Below, one piece after another: positions 49,401 through 57,475 of a stretch of DNA of 64,000 nucleotides. Position 1 is the first letter of the stretch. The number at the start of each line of letters is the position of its first letter. The DNA is from Deltaproteobacteria bacterium (lineage in GTDB: Bacteria; Myxococcota_A; UBA796; SXON01), in contig CANKTH010000003.1 in NCBI GenBank assembly GCA_947486185.1, forward strand, positions 13,581 to 77,580, read 5' to 3'. The translations under genes and the position numbers were made by a program. The notes under the pieces are model-generated. The model saw nothing but the letters and a program-made list of their open reading frames with translations, had not been told where the DNA came from and searched no databases.

Positions 49401-50856
49401 GACTTGCGGCGTCACGAACTACTCCGTGATGGGCGCGGGCGGGGTCGCGATCGCCGACCTTGAGAACGACGGGAGCCCCGACATCCTCGTGAACGGGCGG
49501 GCCGGCACCACCGGCACCGCGGGCTATATGTTGGCGCTCGAGAACACCGGCGCCTGTAAGTGGGCCTCCGCCACGAGCAACGGCAGCAGCTACACCGCCC
49601 CCGCCGTCGCCGACCTCGACGCAGACGGCGACAACGAGGTCATCGCGGGCGCCACCATCTACAACGCCAACGGCACCGTGTACGCGAGCGGTCTCGTCCA
49701 CAACGGCGGCTTCAACTCCTACGCCGTCGATCTCGACGTCGACGGCGACCTGGAGGTGATCGCCGGCTCTTCGGTCTACAGCCACACCGGCGTGTTGGTG
49801 TGGAACGCGTCGCGAGGATCGGGCCGCACCGCAGTCGGTGACTTTGACGGGGACGGGCTTGGCGAGGTGGCGATCAACAACGCGGGCACGCTGACGGTGC
49901 TCGACACCAACGGCACCGTGATGTGGGGCGTGAGCATCGGCTCGGCCGGCGCAGGGGCGCCGTGTGTAGGCGACTTCGACGGGGATGGGGACGCGGATGT
50001 CGCCGCCGCGGGGGCGAGCACGATCCGGGGGTTCACAGGCGGAGGCGCCACCCTTTGGACCCGTACTATCCGGGACTCCTCGTCGTCGAGCGCCGCCTGC
50101 TCCACCTTTGACTTTGACGGGGATGGGGCGCACGAGGTCGTCTACGCCGACGAGTACGACCTGTTCATCTTGGACGGCGCCACCGGGGTTTCGCTCTACA
50201 CCCACGCGGACCACGCGAGCGGGACCCTCTACGAGTTCCCGGTCATCGCGGACGTCGACAACGACGGCAACGTGGAGATCGTCGACGTGAACAACGACTA
50301 CGCTTGGACTGGCTGGGACGGCGTCCATGTGTTGGGTGAGGTGAACGATCGCTGGGCCAACGCCCGCAACATGTTCAACAGCTACAACTACTACGTCACG
50401 AATGCCGACGACGACGGCTTTGGCGTACCCTCCTCGATCGGCGCGCCGTGGACCGAAGGTTACGACATGTTCCGTGGGCAAGCGTTCGCTTCGGCGCTGG
50501 GCACGGACTCGCCCGACCTGGCGGGAGAGATCATCGGCGTGTGCACCGACTGTAGCTCGGAGAGTGTCGAGGTCTACGCCACGATCGCGAACACGGGTTC
50601 GTTGTTCGCCCCGGCGGGCCTTGCGCTCTCGCTCTACGCCGACGACGGTGCCGGAGGCCTGACGCTGCTGGAGACCCAGTTGACGCCGGATCGCCTCGAA
50701 CCGGGCGTACGAAGTGCGCCTTACACCTTCACGGCCGACATCGCGCTCCTGGCGGGCGCGAGCCTCTATCTGCTGGTGGACGCGGAGAGCCTGGTCCACG
50801 AGTGTGACGAGTCCGACAACATCTCCAGCTGGGACCTGGAGAGCTGCCCGGGATGA
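46450..50856 (+). CDS. Large lipoprotein: 13 Cys/Asp (MopE-like) repeats + FG-GAP/VCBS propeller + CARDB-like domain
   Basis: RBS GGAGG; lipobox LLLGC; 13 DC(D/N)D repeat units; DLDADGDNE, DFDGDG and DVDNDG loops; PDL..., ECDESDN at the C-terminus. Confidence 0.87.
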   Translation: MNLSPRVFFVSLSALLLGCEPGPGGGGKTGPTALTTDPSKLDEDDDGVSAAEDCDDQDASIYPGAEELCDSLDNNCDGAADEGLATAWYPDADTDGYGDEGAMIEQCEPVDGAVSTGADCDDADAGVNPDAVEQCDSLDNDCDGLTDDDDDEVSGAVTWYIDGDGDGYGQADGSVTACDAPAGGVAEAGDCDDSAAQVYPGAEESDCADPIDYNCDGSVGFSDNDGDGWAACEDCDDGSVYVSPSATETCDGLDNDCDGLVDSDDDTVLGVRSWYLDSDGDGYGDSAAEMIGCEADPGYVEAGGDCDDADVAFNPGVVEADCADPNDYNCDGSTGYDDADGDNAPACEDCNDNDALVNADAVELCDGIDNNCDGELDEATAGDAGTWYLDQDGDGFGDASTGVVSCEAPTGHVGSEADCDDADAGISPDALEVCDDLDNDCDDETDEDSAIDAAIWYDDVDGDGFGDPAAAAAACEAPPGSVADMSDCDDVDGAVSPDAEELCDGIDNNCDGVSDEDSSVDAGIWYVDGDGDGFGDPGTAAYACSAPPGSLADPNDCDDTDAAVNPDAVELCDGIDNNCQDGSDEDTAVDASVWYQDVDGDGFGDANVMTVSCVSPAGFVADSSDCDDDVGAINPVATEICDGIDNDCDLGIDDSDDSVDLGTATDWYADIDGDGFGDADDAVLTCDAPLGSVADDQDCDDTDRAVHPDALEICDTIDNDCDRAIDDADGSTDLSTGTTWYADRDGDSFGDADDAVQTCAAPTGYLGDATDCDDTAPAVHPDATEVCDGIDNDCDGLIDDADDSTDLGTGTAWYGDGDGDGFGDADVSVLLCLSPADHVADSTDCDDTDDGIFPDAAESWYDGIDSNCDGDDYPDACDGVPGTGVVSGTCTTGLTDPADWEIVVEWTNDSDNGHVYAAGPTYTDIMAAPAVGQLTDDNGDGVINELDMPDIAYTTFAGGAYSSAGYLRVVAGDGSGTVLSVYTVTCGVTNYSVMGAGGVAIADLENDGSPDILVNGRAGTTGTAGYMLALENTGACKWASATSNGSSYTAPAVADLDADGDNEVIAGATIYNANGTVYASGLVHNGGFNSYAVDLDVDGDLEVIAGSSVYSHTGVLVWNASRGSGRTAVGDFDGDGLGEVAINNAGTLTVLDTNGTVMWGVSIGSAGAGAPCVGDFDGDGDADVAAAGASTIRGFTGGGATLWTRTIRDSSSSSAACSTFDFDGDGAHEVVYADEYDLFILDGATGVSLYTHADHASGTLYEFPVIADVDNDGNVEIVDVNNDYAWTGWDGVHVLGEVNDRWANARNMFNSYNYYVTNADDDGFGVPSSIGAPWTEGYDMFRGQAFASALGTDSPDLAGEIIGVCTDCSSESVEVYATIANTGSLFAPAGLALSLYADDGAGGLTLLETQLTPDRLEPGVRSAPYTFTADIALLAGASLYLLVDAESLVHECDESDNISSWDLESCPG

Positions 50857-50923
50857 GCACGAGGGTGGATTGCTCCGCCGTTCGGCCCGGGCGAGGCAGA
50901 CTGGGCTCTGCTATGCTGGGACG

Positions 50924-51490
50924 ATGCTCCGCTTCCCGCTTCCCTTCGTCTTCTTATTCGGCTGCCTGCCGCCGGATGGGCTGAACGACCCTTCGGGAGA
51001 CGATTTTGGGCCGGCCGGGGCGGACAGCGATACGCTCGACACGGACACCAACGGCGGCACCGAGTCCGGAGAAACGGACTCCGGTGCCGACGACTCCGGT
51101 GGCGCCGACTCCGGTGCCGACGACTCTAATCCGGCCGGTGACATCGAGATCGCCGGCACCTGGATCGACGGGTCTGGGGCCACCTACCTCGTCGGCTCGG
51201 CGTCGTGGACGATCACGCCCACCACCGGGTCGGCCTCCCGCTTCTCCGTCTCCGACTACGACAACGACCTGGACTACGCGGTCGCCCAGAACGACCCGAC
51301 CAACCCCGTGGCGGGCGGGGCGTGGAGCCGGTTTGACTGGGCGGAGGCCGCCGGGGTGCTCTACCTGTGTCACGTCAGCTCGGACGCCGCTTCGGAAGCC
51401 GACGCCGCGGGCGTCAGCGCGGATCGCGCTGACGTGGCGACGAGCGGCTGCGACGGCGCTGCCTGGACCCGGCTCGACCCCGATCCCTGA
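50924..51490 (+). CDS. Hypothetical lipoprotein
   Basis: Lipobox FVFLFGC; DSGADDSGGADSGADDS linker; globular C-terminal domain with two Cys; TATGCT 6 nt upstream. Confidence 0.7.
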   Translation: MLRFPLPFVFLFGCLPPDGLNDPSGDDFGPAGADSDTLDTDTNGGTESGETDSGADDSGGADSGADDSNPAGDIEIAGTWIDGSGATYLVGSASWTITPTTGSASRFSVSDYDNDLDYAVAQNDPTNPVAGGAWSRFDWAEAAGVLYLCHVSSDAASEADAAGVSADRADVATSGCDGAAWTRLDPDP

Positions 51491-51492
51491 TC

Positions 51493-52719
51493 TCAGCCCT
51501 TCGATGGCCCACGGAGCGCCCGCTCCACCGCTGCGATTCGGCCGGTCAGCTCGCGTATGCGCTCCGCCATGGTCCGCAACATCGCCCCGCCGATCTTGAT
51601 ACCGACCTCGGGCCTGCGGGCGCAGAGCTCGTCGTAGTTCTGCCTGGATAAAATCAGAAACGTACAGGGCTCCAGCACCGTGACGGTCGCCGAACGCGGC
51701 GCCGGTGACACCAGGGCCATTTCCCCGAACGACTCGCCGGCCCCGAGGTCGACGAGCTGCAAGCCGCCCGTCGAGACGCGGACTCGCCCGTCGAGAAGGA
51801 CCATGAAATCGTCGCCTCGTTTCCCCTTTTTCGCGAGCGTTGCTCCCGCGGGCGCGGTGGATTCGTCGAGATAATGGGCCACCACGGCCAGCTCGCTGTC
51901 GGAGAGCTCGCCAAAGAGATAGAGCCCGCGAAGCAGCTTCTGCCGGGTGCACAGCCGATTCCCGGGCACGTCCCCGGCGATGTGGGCGATCACCACGGTG
52001 ATGTTGTCCGGGCCCCCGTTCTGGTTGGCGGCGGCGACCAGCCGTCGGGCGGCCTCGTTCGGGTCGGGGTGGGCGAGCAGCTCGGCGATCGTCGCCTCGG
52101 GCACGACGCCGTGGAGCCCGTCCGAACACAACATCAGCACATCCCCGTCGGCGAGGGCGACGTCGGCGAGGTCGACATCGACGTACTCCGACATACCCAC
52201 CGCGCGGTACAGCAGGTTTCGGTGCGCGTCGGTCGCTAACTGGGCCTCGGTGATCAATCCGCGTTTGAGGCGCAACATCGCGACGGAGTGGTCTTCGGTG
52301 AGCTGGTGGAGTCCGCCCGCGCGCCAGAGCCAGGCACGCGAATCGCCGGCGTGGGCGATCACCGCGTGCGCACCGACCACCGCCGCTGCGACGAGGGTGG
52401 TGCCCATGCCGCCGGTATGTTGGACGGCGGCCGTCTCGAAAACCATGCTATTTGCAGCTTGAATCGCACGTTCCAGCGCCTCGCCTACAGTCTTCCGATG
52501 ATCGGCGGCCGCGGCGCTCCCCGCACGTGCCAGCCGGTCGATCGACTCGGCGTGGGCGGTAAGCGTCTCAATCGCCAGCGCCGCCGCCACTTCCCCCGCT
52601 TCGATACCCTCCATTCCGTCACAGACGACGAGGAGGTTCCCTCGGGCCAGCGCGGCGTCTTCGTTGTTGTTCCTCACCTGACCGACGTCGCTGAGCAGGG
52701 CGCTCCGGGAGATGCGCAT
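51493..52719 (-). CDS. PP2C (Stp1-like) phosphatase fused to a cyclic-nucleotide-binding domain
   Basis: SDVG..R.NNED, VCDGM, GMGTT, HAGDSRAW, LTEDHS, LCSDGL, GGPDNIT; then GESFGEMALV..APRSATV. Confidence 0.9.
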   Translation of the reverse strand: MRISRSALLSDVGQVRNNNEDAALARGNLLVVCDGMEGIEAGEVAAALAIETLTAHAESIDRLARAGSAAAADHRKTVGEALERAIQAANSMVFETAAVQHTGGMGTTLVAAAVVGAHAVIAHAGDSRAWLWRAGGLHQLTEDHSVAMLRLKRGLITEAQLATDAHRNLLYRAVGMSEYVDVDLADVALADGDVLMLCSDGLHGVVPEATIAELLAHPDPNEAARRLVAAANQNGGPDNITVVIAHIAGDVPGNRLCTRQKLLRGLYLFGELSDSELAVVAHYLDESTAPAGATLAKKGKRGDDFMVLLDGRVRVSTGGLQLVDLGAGESFGEMALVSPAPRSATVTVLEPCTFLILSRQNYDELCARRPEVGIKIGGAMLRTMAERIRELTGRIAAVERALRGPSKG

Positions 52720-52835
52720 AGGACCCTCGTCGTGCCAGTGTATCCTCGCGGGCGAGACCGCGGCCCGGCGGTGGAGTGCCGGAGGAAAGCGGGCCTGTGA
52801 CTTCCGCTTCGTAAAGAGCACGATAAGGGACGGCG

Positions 52836-53984
52836 ATGGATTTCCTGGACCACTCCCTCGATGACAGCCATCGTGCGATCCGCGACAGCGCGAGGCGCTT
52901 CGCGCGCCAGTCCATCGCACCTCACGTCGAAGAATGGGAAGAAGCTGAGCTTTTCCCGTGCGAACTCTATCAGGCGGCCGCGGCGGCGGGAGTGCTTGCG
53001 GTGGGTTTCCCGGAAGAGGTTGGCGGCGGTGGCGGCGGTATGTTGCACATGATGATGATCATCGAGGGCCTCTTGGAGGGCGGCAGCTCGGGGGTGGTGG
53101 CGGGGCTCGGCTCCTTGGGCATCGCCTTGCCCGCGATCGTTCAAGCGGGAGACCGCGCGCAGATCGACCAGTTTGTTCGCCCGACCCTCTTAGGGGAGCG
53201 TATCGCGGCCCTCGCGGTCACCGAAGCTGGCACGGGCTCGGATGTCGCTGGCATCCGTACGCGCGCCCGGCGCGACGGGGGAGACTACCTGATTGACGGC
53301 GACAAGATGTTCATCACCTCGGGGGCGCGCGCCGATTTTGTGACGGTGCTGGCACGTACGGGAGAAGAGCACGGCAAGCACCACAATCTCTCTTTCTTTG
53401 TGGTTGAACGGGGTATGCCGGGGTTCAGTGTGTCTCGATCCCTCAGGAAGACCGGCTGGCGCGCGTCGGACACCGCGGCGCTGTCCTTCGAAGGGGTGCG
53501 GGTGCCGGCGGCGAACCGGATCGGCGAAGAAGGCGGCGCATTTCTGACCTTGATGCGCAACTTCGCTACTGAGCGGCTGATGCTGGCGGCCTTCGGCCAC
53601 GCGACCGCCCGGATCGCGCTTGCGGACGCGCGGAGCTGGGCGGAAGAGCGCCACGCCTTCGGGAAAAAGCTTTCGGCGATGCCCGTGATTCGTCACAAGC
53701 TCGCCAGCATGGCCACACGCGTCACCGCCGCGACCACCCTGAATTACGCGGTGGCGGGGTGTATCGACGCCGGGGAGAGCTGTGTGTCTGAGGTGGCGAT
53801 GGCCAAGAATCTCTCGGCCGAAACGGCGGTGTCCGTGTGTTACGACGCGGTGCAGATCCTTGGTGGAATGGGCTATATGCGCGAGACACGGGTGGAGCGG
53901 CTCTCGCGGGACGCGCGGCTCCTGCCGATCGGCGGGGGTACCACCGAGATCATGAATGAGATCATCATCAAGATGGGCACCTAG
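52836..53984 (+). CDS. Acyl-CoA dehydrogenase
   Basis: ALAVTEAGTGSD, GDKMFITSG, GWRASDTA, ERL, QILGGMGY, RDAR..PIGGGTTEIM. Confidence 0.94.
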   Translation: MDFLDHSLDDSHRAIRDSARRFARQSIAPHVEEWEEAELFPCELYQAAAAAGVLAVGFPEEVGGGGGGMLHMMMIIEGLLEGGSSGVVAGLGSLGIALPAIVQAGDRAQIDQFVRPTLLGERIAALAVTEAGTGSDVAGIRTRARRDGGDYLIDGDKMFITSGARADFVTVLARTGEEHGKHHNLSFFVVERGMPGFSVSRSLRKTGWRASDTAALSFEGVRVPAANRIGEEGGAFLTLMRNFATERLMLAAFGHATARIALADARSWAEERHAFGKKLSAMPVIRHKLASMATRVTAATTLNYAVAGCIDAGESCVSEVAMAKNLSAETAVSVCYDAVQILGGMGYMRETRVERLSRDARLLPIGGGTTEIMNEIIIKMGT

Positions 53985-54179
53985 ATGCGCGTGACGGAAG
54001 TTTTGGGGCTGTTGGTGGTGCGTGGACGCGCGCGGCGCCGGGCGCGAAGCGACCGGGAGGGGGTGCGGCGCAGCCGCAAGGAGGAGCGGAGGCTCCCCCT
54101 CCCGGAACGACCTCGGCGCCAGAGGCGCAGGCGCGAAGCGGCCGCCGAAGTCCGCAGGACTTCGGCCGAGGTCATCTAG
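53981..54179. mobile_element. Putative non-autonomous structured element (MITE/REP-like), 191 bp, flanked by CTAG direct repeats
   Basis: CTAG at 53981-84 and 54176-79; ends ATG...CAT; the reconstructed empty site GCACCTAGGTGC is palindromic and abuts the flanking stop and start; several nested stems with GNA loops. Confidence 0.65.
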
Positions 54180-55682
54180 GTGCGCCCGGCGGGAAGCCCG
54201 AGCCCGGCCCTCCTGGTCTTGGGGGCCGCGGGGGTGGTGACGCTGGCGGGGACGGCCGGCCGGCTCCACGCCGGTGGGCCGGCCGGGGTGGGGCACCAGG
54301 GAGAGATCTCCTTTGCCGCTGACCATCTCACGCTCGAAGCCGGGGCACTGTTGGAGCTTGGGCGGGGGAGGTCCGTCCTGGTGGAGGCCGAGAGCGCAGA
54401 CGTCGACCTCATGTTGGGCGACCCCGCCGGGAGGCATGTGGTCGGTCACTTTGGCGCGGTCGCCGGGCTCTATCGGCATGACCTCAGCCTCATGGGCAAC
54501 GAGCTGCCCACGGCGTGGCAGGGCGGCTCGCACTATCTTGGGCTTGTATGCGGCGATATGTTGGAGATCACCGCGGACCGGCGGCGGCTTCAGGCGGGGC
54601 CGCCGGAAGGATGTGTCGCGGACCGCATGTGGATTCGTGCGGGACAACATACGGTACTTCGTGGCGCCGCCGTGGATGGCGTCGCGGTGGTGTTCGCCCG
54701 CGAGTCGGTGGTCTGGCCTCACGCGGGGGCGGGGCTGGGGCTCGGGCTGGCGACAGCCCTGGTGTTCGGTCTGGCTGGCGCCATGCCCCTCCTGTTGTCG
54801 CCCCTCGCGCTCCTGGGCCCGAGCGTCGGGGTCAAGGCGCTGACGCTCCTGGGGGTCGTCCTGGCGACGACCGGCGCGTCGGCGGCCGTGGATCCCAGTC
54901 ACGCCCGGTGGCGAAAGCTGTTCGGTGGGGTGTGGGCGCTCGGCGGGGTGGGGCTCGCTCTGGCGGCGGTGCTCGATTTTGCGCGCCCGACCAACATGGG
55001 CGCATCGGCGCTCAACACCGAGCGTCCGCTGTTCGTCGCCGTGGACCCGGCGATGGTGAATCGGAAGGTCGAGCAGGCGATCTCAAACTTCAAGGCTCAG
55101 AAGTTGCCCGAGCATCACCCACGGGTGGTGGCCCTGGGATCGTCGTCGAGCGGCGGCGGCACGTCGGGGCGCTTCTGGCCACAGATCCTCCAGGAGAAGC
55201 TGCCCAACGCCCAGGTGGTGTCCCTGGCGCTCGGGGGCAGCACCTCCTGGCATATGCGCCGGATCCTGGAAACGCTCGATCTTCGTCCCGAGCTCTGCAT
55301 CCTCTATATGGGTCACAACGACCAGGTGCCGAGCTTCCCGGGCATCGGCATCGCTGGGCTCATGCGCGGAGACAGCCCCGACCCCGATCATTGGGTCCCG
55401 CCGGTGACGCTGGCCGAAGCGGCGGATAACGTCAACGCGATGGCATCGCGTTGTGGGGCCTTTGTCGGGGTGTCGGAGTACGCCAAAGGAAGGGAGCCCG
55501 CGGTCCTGGCGTATGCCGAGATGTTAGCCTCGGTGCCCGGGATACGCGTGCTGGACGCCGCCTCGATGTTCCGCGGGCTGCCGGCGTCGGCGATGCTCGA
55601 TGATGTACACCCCTCGCCCGCGGGCCAGGAGCGCCTCGCGCTGTTGATGTTGCCGACCGTCCAGGCGCTGCTCTCCCCATGA
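54180..55682 (+). CDS. Membrane protein with C-terminal SGNH domain
   Basis: TM cluster, then ALGSSSSGG, LALGGSTS, LYMGHND, DDVHP; similar to 31763-33745. Confidence 0.78.
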   Translation: MRPAGSPSPALLVLGAAGVVTLAGTAGRLHAGGPAGVGHQGEISFAADHLTLEAGALLELGRGRSVLVEAESADVDLMLGDPAGRHVVGHFGAVAGLYRHDLSLMGNELPTAWQGGSHYLGLVCGDMLEITADRRRLQAGPPEGCVADRMWIRAGQHTVLRGAAVDGVAVVFARESVVWPHAGAGLGLGLATALVFGLAGAMPLLLSPLALLGPSVGVKALTLLGVVLATTGASAAVDPSHARWRKLFGGVWALGGVGLALAAVLDFARPTNMGASALNTERPLFVAVDPAMVNRKVEQAISNFKAQKLPEHHPRVVALGSSSSGGGTSGRFWPQILQEKLPNAQVVSLALGGSTSWHMRRILETLDLRPELCILYMGHNDQVPSFPGIGIAGLMRGDSPDPDHWVPPVTLAEAADNVNAMASRCGAFVGVSEYAKGREPAVLAYAEMLASVPGIRVLDAASMFRGLPASAMLDDVHPSPAGQERLALLMLPTVQALLSP

Positions 55683-57418
55683 GTCCTCCCCCGAACGCGG
55701 GTGATGTGTCGCGACTACACAGGTTGATTATCGGTCTTTATCAGTTGTTCGCTCCGGCATGTCTCGCTTTTTTGCTCACCACGACCGTCGTGTGCAGCTT
55801 GTACTGGCCGCTACCCTTACACCTCCGTACATCGGCGGCAGAGGGCGTGTTTCACGATGGTCACGTCTGGGCCTTTGACCAGATGGCGCGAATGGCCACC
55901 GGCGATCTCGAGCCTTATCTACGAACCTCACAGGCGGGTTTTCCCAAGGTGCCCGAGGCGCGGTTCATCGCCTGGGCGCCCGCGCTCGCCGTCGTCCCCT
56001 TCCGCCCGTGGTTCGGCCCACTTGGTTCCTACAACCTGGCGATGTTGGGTAGCCTCGGGGTGGGCGCAGCGGTCGCCGCCTTATGGATCCGTCGGGTCAC
56101 CGGGGTCTCTGGCCTGGCGGCCGGCGTGTTGGGCAGCCTGTTCGGGCTGTCGCCCTTCGCGCTCGGCTGTCTGGCGTCGGGCCAGACCTGTAAGGCTCAG
56201 ATCTGGATCTTACCGGCCTCTTTGCTCCTCCTGCTGGAGCTCTTGGAGGGCGCGCGCGCCACCACGCGCCTGCTCGCCGGCCTCGGGTTCGTGGTCGTCG
56301 TGGGGCTCGGCGGGGTGACCGAACCAACCCATGTGTTGCTCCTCCCGTTCATGCTGGTCGTGCAGGGGGCGTCGTCGGTGCTCGGGCCGTCGGTGCCGTG
56401 GCGTCAGCGGCTCCTCCGGCTCGTCCTCGCGCTCCTGGCTGCGGCTGCAGCGGCGTTGGTCTTGCGCCCGGTCTCCTGGTACTACAACCTGGAGATGGCC
56501 TTCTCGATCTTCCGTCCCGCGGACCGACCCGTCGAGGTCGGCACCTTTCTTCGTACCCTCGCCCAGCCCCGATACTTCTGGAGCCCACCGTCGAGCTGGG
56601 AGGACCCGCGCGTCGACACCATCCACGTGGCGTGGTTGGGCCGGGTGCTGCTCGTCGCCGGCATCGTCGGCCTGCTCCGACGGGCGCGCGGCCGGGCGCT
56701 CGGCCTCGGCCTCGTCGTGATCGGCATGGGCCTGGCGCTCGGCGAGGTGCTGTACGTCAACAACCAGCCGTATACCTATGAGGGCGCGCGACTTCGCCTG
56801 CCGGCCTGGTGGCTCGCCCAAGAGGGCTACCCGCTCGCGCGGAGCGCACAGTATTACCGCGCTGTCGTGGTAGCTTCACTCGGATTGCCACTCCTGATCG
56901 CCGCGGGACTGTCACGGTTCTCCCGCGGGCTGGGCGCGGTGCTCGCCCTCGTGATCTCCGCCGCGGCGGTGACCGAGGTGGTGTGGGAGACTCGGGAGCT
57001 CTGGCCGCGTCCGTCGGCGCCGGTGCCGGGGCTCTCGCTGATGGCGCAGCTCGCGGCCGATCCCGAGCCGGGAGGCGTGTTGGAAGTCCCTGTCGAGGCG
57101 GATTTTTTGACCGGCCAGCGCGCGATGCTCTCCGCGGCATTCCATCGACGGCCCACCTCGGCGATGCCGCGGATCGTCCGGATGCAGGACATCGCGTCGG
57201 TGCGCGGGCTCGACGAGGTGCTCCGCCTGCTCCCGGGGCTGGGTCGCGACGAGGCGCGCGCGCGGCTCCACCGGATCGGCTTCCGTTACGTGGTGTGGCG
57301 GGCAGGTCCCGCCGGAAACAGTGTTTCACCGCAGACCCTGGTGCCGGTGCTGGGGTCCCCCGAGCTGTCTGACGGCATCCGGTACTGGGTGATCGACGAT
57401 CCGACGCCGGACGGCTGA
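55679..57418 (+). CDS. Polytopic membrane protein (GT-C/YfhO-like candidate)
   Basis: About 11-13 hydrophobic segments; HVWAF, GSYNLAML, LFGLSPF; C-terminal GGVLEVP..., GFRYVVW soluble domain; ATGA overlap. Confidence 0.6.
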   Translation: MSPPPNAGDVSRLHRLIIGLYQLFAPACLAFLLTTTVVCSLYWPLPLHLRTSAAEGVFHDGHVWAFDQMARMATGDLEPYLRTSQAGFPKVPEARFIAWAPALAVVPFRPWFGPLGSYNLAMLGSLGVGAAVAALWIRRVTGVSGLAAGVLGSLFGLSPFALGCLASGQTCKAQIWILPASLLLLLELLEGARATTRLLAGLGFVVVVGLGGVTEPTHVLLLPFMLVVQGASSVLGPSVPWRQRLLRLVLALLAAAAAALVLRPVSWYYNLEMAFSIFRPADRPVEVGTFLRTLAQPRYFWSPPSSWEDPRVDTIHVAWLGRVLLVAGIVGLLRRARGRALGLGLVVIGMGLALGEVLYVNNQPYTYEGARLRLPAWWLAQEGYPLARSAQYYRAVVVASLGLPLLIAAGLSRFSRGLGAVLALVISAAAVTEVVWETRELWPRPSAPVPGLSLMAQLAADPEPGGVLEVPVEADFLTGQRAMLSAAFHRRPTSAMPRIVRMQDIASVRGLDEVLRLLPGLGRDEARARLHRIGFRYVVWRAGPAGNSVSPQTLVPVLGSPELSDGIRYWVIDDPTPDG

Positions 57419-57475
57419 GCGGGCTTCAGGCGGCTCCGGCCGTCGCGAATCGAGTGGGCACGCTATAGTGCGCCG

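Noticed and set aside
48745-50799. 684-aa minus-strand ORF
   Set aside because: Antisense shadow of the large repeat lipoprotein.
51078-51127. Short direct repeats gactccggtgccgac
   Set aside because: They encode a low-complexity DSGADD linker in a lipoprotein; ordinary.
53981-54179. Two 64-aa ORFs as ordinary protein genes
   Set aside because: Arg-rich, no recognisable domain, and exactly coextensive with the structured insert; treated as a property of that element.
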